Both the position numbers and the translations under genes were made by a program. Under the pieces are notes generated by a model. That model was given only the letters and a program-made list of their open reading frames with translations. It made no database searches and was not told the origin of the DNA. Shown here piece by piece: positions 48,461 through 63,400 of a stretch of DNA of 64,000 bases; the first letter of the stretch is position 1; each line of letters begins with the position of its first letter. Source of the stretch: Bugula neritina (Eukaryota; Animalia; Bryozoa); contig OZ037765.1 in NCBI GenBank assembly GCA_964035545.1, positions 15,138,698-15,202,697 on the forward strand, written 5' to 3'.

Positions 48461-51400
48461 AAGTATACCGCAACATACTGAAATATAATGCAAGTTACTA
48501 CAACATACTGCAACATACTGATATACACTGTAACATATTGAAATACACTGCAACACATTGAAATATACTGCAACACACTGAAACATACAGCAACATACTG
48601 AAATATACTGCGACACATTGAAATATACTGCAACATAGTTAAATATAATGCAAGATACTGCAACATTCTGAAATACACTGTGACATACTGAAATACACTG
48701 CAACATACTGCAACATACTGCAACATACTGCAACATACTGCAACATACTGATATACACTGTAACATATTGAAATACACTGCAACACATTGAAATATACTG
48801 CAACACACTGAAACATACGGCAACATACTGAAATATACTGCAACACATTGAAATATACTGCAACATACTGAAATATGCTGTAGTATACTGAAACACACTG
48901 CAACACAGTGAAGTATACTGTAAAATACAGAAATACACTGTAACATACTGAAACATATGTCAACTTACTGAAATGTACTGCAACATGCTGAAATATATTG
49001 CAACATACTGAAATACACTGTAACAAACCCAATTACACTGCAACAAACTGCAACATACTGAAATACGCTGTAACATATTTAAATACGCTCCAACACATTG
49101 AACGAAACTGCAACATACCTAAATATACGACAATATACTGAAAGATACTGTACCACATTGAAAAACATTGCAACATACTGAAACATGCTGTAGCACATTA
49201 AAATACACTGTAAGATACTGAAATACACTGCAACATGCTGAAATACACTGTAACCTACTGAAATACACTGCAACATACTACAACATACTGAAATACACTG
49301 TAACATTAAGAATTACACTGCAACACATTGAAAAATACTGCAACATACCGAAATATATGGCAAACTACTGAAATATACTTTAACAGATTGAAAAAAAACT
49401 GCATCATACTGAAATATACTGTAACACACTGAAATATACTGCAAAACACTGAAATACACTGTAACATACTGAAATACACTGTAACATACTGAAGTATACT
49501 GCAACACGCTGCAACATACTGAAATGCGCTGTAACATACTGAAATACACTGCAACATACTACAACATATTGAAATACACTGCAACACATTGAAATATACT
49601 GCAACACACTGAAACATATGGCAACATATTGAAATATACTGCAACACATTGAAATATACCGCAACATACTGAAATATGCTGTAGCACACAGAAATACACT
49701 GCAACTCACTATAATATAGTGTAATATACAGAAATGTACTGTAACATACTGAAATACACTGTAACATACAGAAATATACTGCAGCATACTGAAGTACACT
49801 GCAACATACTGCAACATACTGAAATACACTGTAACATATTGAAATACACTGCAAAACCTTGAAATATACTGCAACACACTGAATGATACGGCAACATACT
49901 GAAATATACTGCGACACATTGAAATATACTGCAACATACTGAAATATGCTGCAGCATACTGAAATATAGTGAAACACACTGTAATATACTGCAACATACT
50001 GACATACACTGGAACATACTGAAATACACTGCAACATACTACAACATACTGAAATACACTGTAACCTACTGAAATATGCCGTAGCACACTGAATTATACT
50101 GCAACATACTGAAATATCATGCAAGTTACTACAACATACTGAAATACACTGTGACATACTGAGATACACTGCAACATACTGCAACATACTGTAACATACC
50201 GAAATACACTGTAACCTAATGAAATACACTGCAACATACTACAACATACTGAAATACACTGTAACATTTTGAATTACACTGCAACACATTGAAAAATACT
50301 GCAACATACCGAAATATATGGCAAACTACTGAAATATACTTTAACACATTGAAAAAAACTGCATCATACTGAAATATACTGTAACACACTGAAATATACT
50401 GCAAAACACTGAAATACACTGTAACATACTGAAATACACTGTAACATACTGAAATATACTGCAACACACTGCAACATACTGAAATGCGCTCTAACATACT
50501 GAAATACACTGCAACATACTGCAACATACTGAAATACACTGCAACACATTGAAACATATTGCAGCATACTGAAATATACTGCAACATTGAAATATACCGC
50601 AACATACTGAAATATGCTGTAGCACACTGAAATACACCGCAACTCACTATAATATAGTGTAATATACAGAAATGTACTGTAACATACTGAAATATACTGT
50701 AACATACTGAAATATACTGCAACATACTGAAGTACACTGCAACATACTGCAACATACTGAAATACACTGTAACATATTGAAATACATTACAACACATTGA
50801 AATATACTGCAACACACTGAAATATGCTGTAGCACACAGAAATACACTGCAACTCACTATAATATAGTGTAATATACAGAAATGTACTGTAACATACTGA
50901 GATACACTGCAACATACTGCAACATACTGAAATACACTGTAACATATTGAAATAGACTGCAAAACCTTGATATATACTGCAACACACTGAAGGATACGGC
51001 AACATACTGAAATATACTGCGACACATTGAAATATACTGCAACATACTGAAATATGCTGTAGCATACTGAAATATACTGTAACACACTGTAATATACTGC
51101 AACATACTGCAACATACTGACATACACTGGAACATACTGAAATACACTGCAACATACTACAACATACTGAAATACACTGTAACCTACTGAAACATGCTGT
51201 AGCACACTGAAATATACTGCAGCATACTGAAATATAATGCAAGTTACTACAACATACTGAAATACACTGTGACATACTGAGATACACTGCAACACCTTGA
51301 AATATACTGCAACACACTTAAAGATACGGCAACATACTGAAATATACTGCGACACATTGAAATATACTGCAGCATACTGAAATATGCTGTAGCATACTGA

Positions 51401-54400
51401 AATATGCTGTAGCACACTGAAATATACTGCAACATACTGAAATATAATGCAAGTTAGTACAACATACTGAAATACACTGTGACATACTGAAATACACTGC
51501 AACATACTGCAAGATACTGCAACATACTGAAATACACTGTAACATATTGAAATACACTGCAAAACCTTGAAATATACTGCAACACACTGAAGGATACGGC
51601 AACATACTGAAATATATTGCGACACATTTAAATATACTGCAACATACAGAAATATGCTGTAGCATACTGAAATATACTGTAACACACTGTAATATACTGC
51701 AACATACTGCAACATACTGACATATACTGGAACATACTGAAATACACTCCAACATACTACAACATACTGAAATACACTGTAACCTACTGAAATATGCTGT
51801 AGCACACTGAAGTTTACTGCAACATACTGAAATATAATGCAAGTAACTACAACATACTGAAATACACTGTGACATACTGAGATACACTGCAACACCTTGA
51901 AATATACTGCAACACACTGAAAGATACGGCAACATACTGAAATATACTGCGACACATTGAAATATACTGCAGCATACTGAAGGATACGGCAACATACTGA
52001 AATATACTGCGACACATTTAAATATACTGCAACATACTGGAATATGCTGTAGCATACTGAAATATACTGTAACACACTGTTATATACTGCAACATACTGC
52101 AACATACCGACATATACTGGAACATACTGAAATACATTCCAACATACTACAACATACTGAAATACACTGTAACCTACTGAAATATGCTGTAACACACTGA
52201 AGTATACTGCAACATACTGAAATATAATGCAAGTAACTACAACATACTGAAATACACTGTGACATACTGAGATACACTGCAACAGCTTGAAATATACTGC
52301 GACACATTGGGATTTACTGCAACATAGTTAAATATAATGCAAGATACTGCAACATGCTGAAATACACTGTAACATACTGAAATACACTGCAACATACTAC
52401 AACATACTGAAATACACTGTAACATTATGAATTACACTGCAACACATTGAAAAATACTGCAACATACCGAAATATATGGCAAACTACTGAAATATACTTT
52501 AACACATTGAAAAAAACTGCATCATACTGAAATATACTGTAACACACTGAAATATACTGCAAAACACTGAAATACACTGTAACATACTGAAATACACTGT
52601 AACATACTGAAATATACTGCAACACACTGCAACATACTGAAATGCGCTGTAACATACTGAAATACACTGCAACATACTACAACATATTGAAATACACTGC
52701 AACACATTGAAACATACTGCAACACACTGAAACATCTGGCAACATATTGAAATATACTGCAACACATTGAAATATACCGCAACATACTGAAATATGCTGT
52801 AGCACACTGAAATACACCGCAACTCACTATAATATAGTGTAATATACAGAAATGTACTGTAACATACTGAAATATACTGTAACATACTGAAATATACTGC
52901 AACATACTGAAGTACACTGTAACATATTGAAATACATTACAACACATTGAAATATACTGCAACACACTGAAATATGCTGTAGCACACAGAAATACACTGC
53001 AACTCACTATAATATAGTGTAATATACAGAAATGTACTGTAACATACTGAGATACACTGCAACATACTGCAACATACTGCAACATACTGAAATACACTGT
53101 AACAGACTGAAATGTACTGTAACACACTGAAATATACTGCAACATGCTGAAATACACTGTAACATACTGAAATATACTGCAACATACTGCAACATACTGA
53201 AATACACTGTAACATACTGAAATACACTGCAACATACTGCAACATACTGAAATACACTGTAACCTACTGAAACATGCTGTAGCACACTGAAATATACTGC
53301 AGCATACTGAAATATAATGCAAGTTACTACAACATACTGAAATACACTGTGACATACTGAGATACACTGCAACACCTTGAAATATACTGCAACACACTTA
53401 AAGATACGGCAACATACTGAAATATACTGCGACACATTGAAATATACTGCAGCATACTGAAATATGCTGTAGCATACTGAAATATGCTGTAGCACACTGA
53501 AATATACTGCAACATACTGAAATATAATGCAAGTTAGTACAACATACTGAAATACACTGTGACATACTGAAATACACTGCAACATACTGCAAGATACTGC
53601 AACATACTGAAATACACTGTAACATATTGAAATACACTGCAAAACCTTGAAATATACTGCAACACACTGAAGGATACGGCAACATACTGAAATATATTGC
53701 GACACATTTAAATATACTGCAACATACAGAAATATGCTGTAGCATACTGAAATATACTGTAACACACTGTAATATACTGCAACATACTGCAACATACTGA
53801 CATATACTGGAACATACTGAAATACACTCCAACATACTACAACATACTGAAATACACTGTAACCTACTGAAATATGCTGTAGCACACTGAAGTATACCGC
53901 AACATACTGAAATATAATGCAAGTAACTACAACATACTGAAATACACTGTGACATACTGAGATACACTGCAACACCTTGAAATATACTGCAACACACTGA
54001 AAGATACGGCAACATACTGAAATATACTGCGACACATTTAAATATACTGCAACATACAGAAATATGCTGTAGCATACTGAAATATACTGTAACACACTGT
54101 AATATACTGCAACATACTGCAACATACTGACATATACTGGAACATACTGAAATACACTCCAACATACTACAACATACTGAAATACACTGTAACCTACTGA
54201 AATATGCTGTAGCACACTGAAGTATACCGCAACATACTGAAATATAATGCAAGTTACTACAACATACTGCAACATACTGATATACACTGTAACATATTGA
54301 AATACACTGCAACACATTGAAATATACTGCAACACACTGAAACATACAGCAACATACTGAAATATACTGCGACACATTGAAATATACTGCAACATAGTTA

Positions 54401-57400
54401 AATATAATGCAAGATACTGCAACATTCTGAAATACACTGTGACATACTGAAATACACTGCAACATACTGCAACATACTGCAACATACTGCAACATACTGC
54501 AACATACTGATATACACTGTAACATATTGAAATACACTGCAACACATTGAAATATACTGCAACACACTGAAACATACGGCAACATACTGAAATATACTGC
54601 AACACATTGAAATATACTGCAACATACTGAAATATGCTGTAGTATACTAAAACACACTGCAACACAGTGAAGTATACTGTAAAATACAGAAATACACTGT
54701 AACATACTGAAACATATGTCAACTTACTGAAATGTACTGCAACATGCTGAAATATATTGCAACATACTGAAATACACTGTAACAAACCCAATTACACTGC
54801 AACAAACTGCAACATACTGAAATACGCTGTAACATATTTAAATACGCTCCAACACATTGAACGAAACTGCAACATACCTAAATATACGACAATATACTGA
54901 AAGATACTGTACCACATTGAAAAACATTGCAACATACTGAAACATGCTGTAGCACATTAAAATACACTGTAAGATACTGAAATACACTGCAACATGCTGA
55001 AATACACTGTAACCTACTGAAATACACTGCAACATACTACAACATACTGAAATACACTGTAACATTAAGAATTACACTGCAACACATTGAAAAATACTGC
55101 AACATACCGAAATATATGGCAAACTACTGAAATATACTTTAACAGATTGAAAAAAAACTGCATCATACTGAAATATACTGTAACACACTGAAATATACTG
55201 CAAAACACTGAAATACACTGTAACATACTGAAATACACTGTAACATACTGAAGTATACTGCAACACGCTGCAACATACTGAAATGCGCTGTAACATACTG
55301 AAATACACTGCAACATACTACAACATATTGAAATACACTGCAACACATTGAAATATACTGCAACACACTGAAACATATGGCAACATATTGAAATATACTG
55401 CAACACATTGAAATATACCGCAACATACTGAAATATGCTGTAGCACACAGAAATACACTGCAACTCACTATAATATAGTGTAATATACAGAAATGTACTG
55501 TAACATACTGAAATACACTGTAACATACAGAAATATACTGCAGCATACTGAAGTACACTGCAACATACTGCAACATACTGAAATACACTGTAACATATTG
55601 AAATACACTGCAAAACCTTGAAATATACTGCAACACACTGAATGATACGGCAACATACTGAAATATACTGCGACACATTGAAATATACTGCAACATACTG
55701 AAATATGCTGCAGCATACTGAAATATAGTGAAACACACTGTAATATACTGCAACATACTGACATACACTGGAACATACTGAAATACACTGCAACATACTA
55801 CAACATACTGAAATACACTGTAACCTACTGAAATATGCCGTAGCACACTGAATTATACTGCAACATACTGAAATATCATGCAAGTTACTACAACATACTG
55901 AAATACACTGTGACATACTGAGATACACTGCAACATACTGCAACATACTGTAACATACCGAAATACACTGTAACCTAATGAAATACACTGCAACATACTA
56001 CAACATACTGAAATACACTGTAACATTTTGAATTACACTGCAACACATTGAAAAATACTGCAACATACCGAAATATATGGCAAACTACTGAAATATACTT
56101 TAACACATTGAAAAAAACTGCATCATACTGAAATATACTGTAACACACTGAAATATACTGCAAAACACTGAAATACACTGTAACATACTGAAATACACTG
56201 TAACATACTGAAATATACTGCAACACACTGCAACATACTGAAATGCGCTCTAACATACTGAAATACACTGCAACATACTGCAACATACTGAAATACACTG
56301 CAACACATTGAAACATATTGCAGCATACTGAAATATACTGCAACATTGAACTATACCGCAACATACTGAAATATGCTGTAGCACACTGAAATACACCGCA
56401 ACTCACTATAATATAGTGTAATATACAGAAATGTACTGTAACATACTGAAATATACTGTAACATACTGAAATATACTGCAACATACTGAAGTACACTGCA
56501 ACATACTGCAACATACTGAAATACACTGTAACATATTGAAATACATTACAACACATTGAAATATACTGCAACACACTGAAATATGCTGTAGCACACAGAA
56601 ATACACTGCAACTCACTATAATATAGTGTAATATACAGAAATGTACTGTAACATACTGAGATACACCGCAACATACTGCAACATACTGAAATACACTGTA
56701 ACATATTGAAATAGACTGCAAAACCTTGAAATATACTGCAACACACTGAAGGATACGGCAACATACTGAAATATACTGCGACACATTGAAATATACTGCA
56801 ACATACTGAAATATGCTGTAGCATACTGAAATATACTGTAACACACTGTAATATACTGCAACATACTGCAACATACTGACATACACTGGAACATACTGAA
56901 ATACACTGCAACATACTACAACATACTGAAATACACTGTAACCTACTGAAACATGCTGTAGCACACTGAAATATACTGCAGCATACTGAAATATAATGCA
57001 AGTTACTACAACATACTGAAATACACTGTGACAAACTGAGATACACTGCAACACCTTGAAATATACTGCAACACACTTAAAGATACGGCAACATACTGAA
57101 ATATACTGCGACACATTGAAATATACTGCAGCATACTGAAATATGCTGTAGCATACTGAAATATGCTGTAGCACACTGAAATATACTGCAACATACTGAA
57201 ATATAATGCAAGTTAGTACAACATACTGAAATACACTGTGACATACTGAAATACACTGCAACATACTGCAAGATACTGCAACATACTGAAATACACTGTA
57301 ACATATTGAAATACACTGCAAAACCTTGAAATATACTGCAACACACTGAAGGATACGGCAACATACTGAAATATATTGCGACACATTTAAATATACTGCA

Positions 57401-60400
57401 ACATACAGAAATATGCTGTAGCATACTGAAATATACTGTAACACACTGTAATATACTGCAACATACTGCAACATACTGACATATACTGGAACATACTGAA
57501 ATACACTCAAACATACTACAACATACTGAAATACACTGTAACCTACTGAAATATGCTGTAGCACACTGAAGTATACTGCAACATACTGAAATATAATGCA
57601 AGTAACTACAACATACTGAAATACACTGTGACATACTGAGATACACTGCAACACCTTGAAATATACTGCAACACACTGAAAGATACGGCAACATACTGAA
57701 ATATACTGCGACACATTGAAATATACTGCAGCATACTGAAATATGCTGTAGCATAATGAAATATGCTGTAGCACACTGAAATATACTGCAACATACTGAA
57801 ATATAATGCAAGTTACTACAACATACTGAAATACACTGTGACATACTGAAACACACTGCAACATACTGCAAGATACTGCAACATACTGAAATGCACTGTA
57901 ACATATTGAAATACACTGCAAAACCTTGAAATATACTGCAACACACTGAAGGATACGGCAACATACTGAAATATACTGCGACACATTTAAATATACTGCA
58001 ACATACTGGAATATGCTGTAGCATACTGAAATATACTGTAACACACTGTTATATACTGCAACATACTGCAACATACCGACATATACTGGAACATACTGAA
58101 ATACATTCCAACATACTACAACATACTGAAATACACTGTAACCTACTGAAATATGCTGTAACACACTGAAGTATACTGCAACATACTGAAATATAATGCA
58201 AGTAACTACAACATACTGAAATACACTGTGACATACTGAGATACACTGCAACAGCTTGAAATATACTGCGACACATTGGGATTTACTGCAACATAGTTAA
58301 ATATAATGCAAGATACTGCAACATGCTGAAATACACTGTAACATACTGAAATACACTGCAACATACTACAACATACTGAAATACACTGTAACATTATGAA
58401 TTACACTGCAACACATTGAAAAATACTGCAACATACCGAAATATATGGCAAACTACTGAAATATACTTTAACACATTGAAAAAAACTGCATCATACTGAA
58501 ATATACTGTAACACACTGAAATATACTGCAAAACACTGAAATACACTGTAACATACTGAAATACACTGTAACATACTGAAATATACTGCAACACACTGCA
58601 ACATACTGAAATGCGCTGTAACATACTGAAATACACTGCAACATACTACAACATATTGAAATACACTGCAACACATTGAAACATACTGCAACACACTGAA
58701 ACATCTGGCAACATATTGAAATATACTGCAACACATTGAAATATACCGCAACATACTGAAATATGCTGTAGCACACTGAAATACACCGCAACTCACTATA
58801 ATATAGTGTAATATACAGAAATGTACTGTAACATACTGAAATATACTGTAACATACTGAAATATACTGCAACATACTGAAGTACACTGTAACATATTGAA
58901 ATACATTACAACACATTGAAATATACTGCAACACACTGAAATATGCTGTAGCACACAGAAATACACTGCAACTCACTATAATATAGTGTAAAATACAGAA
59001 ATGTACTGTAACATACTGAGATACACTGCAACATACTGCAACATACTGCAACATACTGAAATACACTGTAACATATTGAAATAGACTGCAAAACCTTGAA
59101 ATATACTGCAACACACTGAAGGATATGGCAACATACTGAAATATACTGCGACACATTGAAATATACTGCAACATACTGAAATATGCTGTAGCATACTGAA
59201 ATAGACTGTAACACACTGTAATATACTGCAACATACTGCAACATACTGACATACACTCGAACATACTGAAATACACTGCAACCTACTGAAATATGCTGTA
59301 GCACACTGAAATATACTGCAGCATAGTGAAATATGCTGTAGCATAATGAAATATGCTGTAGCACACTGAAATATACTGCAACATACTGAAATATAATGCA
59401 AGTTACTACAACATACTGAAATACACTGTGACATACTGAAATACACTGCAACATACTGCAAGATACTGCAACATACTGAAATACACTGTAACATATTGAA
59501 ATACACTGCAAAACCTTGAAATTTACTGCAACACACTGAAGGATACGGCAACATACTGAAATATACTGCGACACATTTAAATATACTGCAACATACTGGA
59601 ATATGCTGTAGCATACTGAAATATACTGTAACACACTGTAATATACTGCAACATACTGCAACATACCGACATATACTGGAACATACTGAAATACACTCCA
59701 ACATACTACAACATACTGAAATACACTGTAACCTACTGAAATATGCTGTAACACACTGAAGTATACTGCAACATACTGAAATATAATGCAAGTAACTACA
59801 ACATACTGAAACACACTGTGACATACTGAGATACACTGCAACATACTGCAACATACTGCAACATACTGAAATACACTGTAACAGACTGAAATGTACTGTA
59901 ACACACTGAAATATACTGCAACATGCTGAAATACACTGTAACATACTGAATTATACTGCAACATACTGCAACATACTGAAATACACTGTAACATACTGAA
60001 ATACACTGCAACATACTGCAACATACTGAAATACACTGGAAGAAATTGAAACACACTACAACACATTGAAATATACTGCAACACACTGAAACATACAGCA
60101 ACATACTGAAATATACTGCGACACATTGAAATATACTGCAACATAGTTAAATATAATGCAAGATACTGCAACATTCTGAAATACACTGTGACATACTGAA
60201 ATACACTGCAACATACTGCAACATACTGCAACATACTGCAACATACTGCAACATACTGATATACACTGTAACATATTGAAATACACTGCAACACATTGAA
60301 ATATACTGCAACACACTGAAACATACGGCAACATACTGAAATATACTGCAACACATTGAAATATACTGCAACATACTGAAATATGCTGTAGTATACTGAA

Positions 60401-63400
60401 ACACACTGCAACACAGTGAAGTATACTGTAAAATACAGAAATACACTGTAACATACTGAAACATATGTCAACTTACTGAAATGTACTGCAACATGCTGAA
60501 ATATATTGCAACATACTGAAATACACTGTAACAAACCCAATTACACTGCAACAAACTGCAACATACTGAAATACGCTGTAACATATTGAAATACGCTCCA
60601 ACACATTGAACGAAACTGCAACATACCTAAATATACGACAATATACTGAAAGATACTGTACCACATTGAAAAACATTGCAACATACTGAAACATGCTGTA
60701 GCACATTAAAATACACTGTAAGATACTGAAATACACTGCAACATGCTGAAATACACTGTAACCTACTGAAATACACTGCAACATACTACAACATACTGAA
60801 ATACACTGTAACATTAAGAATTACACTGCAACACATTGAAAAATACTGCAACATACCGAAATATATGGCAAACTACTGAAATATACTTTAACAGATTGAA
60901 AAAAAACTGCATCATACTGAAATATACTGTAACACACTGAAATATACTGCAAAACACTGAAATACACTGTAACATACTGAAATACACTGTAACATACTGA
61001 AGTATACTGCAACACGCTGCAACATACTGAAATGCGCTGTAACATACTGAAATACACTGCAACATACTACAACATATTGAAATACACTGCAACACATTGA
61101 AATATACTGCAACACACTGAAACATATGGCAACATATTGAAATATACTGCAACACATTGAAATATACCGCAACATACTGAAATATGCTGTAGCACACTGA
61201 AATACACTGCAACTCACTATAATATAGTGTAATATACAGAAATGTACTGTAACATACTGAAATACACTGTAACATACAGAAATATACTGCAGCATACTGA
61301 AGTACACTGCAACATACTGCAACATACTGAAATACACTGTAACATATTGAAATACACTGCAAAACCTTGAAATATACTGCAACACACTGAATGATACGGC
61401 AACATACTGAAATATACTGCGACACCTTGAAATATACTGCAACATACTGAAATATGCTGCAGCATACTGAAATATAGTGAAACACACTGTAATATACTGC
61501 AACATACTGCAACATACTGACATACACTGGAACATACTGAAATACACTGCAACATACTACAACATACTGAAATACACTGTAACCTACTGAAATATGCCGT
61601 AGCACACTGAATTATACTGCAATATACTGAAATATCATGCAAGTTACTACAACATACTGAAATACACTGTGACATACTGAGATACACTGCAACATACTGC
61701 AACATACTGTAACATACCGAAATACACTGTAACCTAATGAAATACACTGCAACATACTACAACATACTGAAATACACTGTAACATTTTGAATTACACTGC
61801 AACACATTGAAAAATACTGCAACATACCGAAATATATGGCAAACTACTGAAATATACTTTAACACATTGAAAAAAACTGCATCATACTGAAATATACTGT
61901 AACACACTGAAATATACTGCAAAACACTGAAATACACTGTAACATACTGAAATACACTGTAACATACTGAAATATACTGCAACACACTGCAACATACTGA
62001 AATGCGCTGTAACATACTGAAATACACTGCAACATACTGCAACATACTGAAATACACTGCAACACATTGAAACATATTGCAGCATACTGAAATATACTGC
62101 AACATTGAAATATACCGCAACATACTGAAATATGCTGTAGCACACTGAAATACACCGCAACTCACTATAATATAGTGTAATATACAGAAATGTACTGTAA
62201 CATACTGAAATATACTGTAACATACTGAAATATACTGCAACATACTGAAGTACACTGCAACATACTGCAACATACTGAAATACACTGTAACATATTGAAA
62301 TACATTACAACACATTGAAATATACTGCAACACACTGAAATATGCTGTAGCACACAGAAATACACTGCAACTCACTATAATATAGTGTAATATACAGAAA
62401 TGTACTGTAACATACTGAGATACACTGCAACATACTGCAACATACTGAAATACACTGTAACATATTGAAATAGACTGCAAAACCTTGAAATATACTGCAA
62501 CACACTGAAGGATACGGCAACATACTGAAATATACTGCGACACATTGAAATATACTGCAACATACTGAAATATGCTGTAGCATACTGAAATATACTGTAA
62601 CACACTGTAATATACTGCATCATACTGCAACATACTGACATACACTGGAACATACTGAAATACACTGCAACATACTACAACATACTGAAATACACTGTAA
62701 CCTACTGAAACATGCTGTAGCACACTGAAATATACTGCAGCATACTGAAATATAATGCAAGTTACTACAACATACTGAAATACACTGTGACATACTGAGA
62801 TACACTGCAACACCTTGAAATATACTGCAACACACTTAAAGATACGGCAACATACTGAAATATACTGCGACACATTGAAATATACTGCAGCATACTGAAA
62901 TATGCTGTAGCATACTGAAATATGCTGTAGCACACTGAAATATACTGCAACATACTGAAATATAATGCAAGTTAGTACAACATACTGAAATACACTGTGA
63001 CATACTGAAATACACTGCAACATACTGCAAGATACTGCAACATACTGAAATACACTGTAACATATTGAAATACACTGCAAAACCTTGAAATATACTGCAA
63101 CACACTGAAGGATACGGCAACATACTGAAATATATTGCGACACATTTAAATATACTGCAACATACAGAAATATGCTGTAGCATACTGAAATATACTGTAA
63201 CACACTGTAATATACTGCAACATACTGCAACATACTGACATATACTGGAACATACTGAAATACACTCCAACATACTACAACATACTGAAATACACTGTAA
63301 CCTACTGAAATATGCTGTAGCACACTGAAGTATACTGCAACATACTGAAATATAATGCAAGTAACTACAACATACTGAAATACACTGTGACATACTGAGA

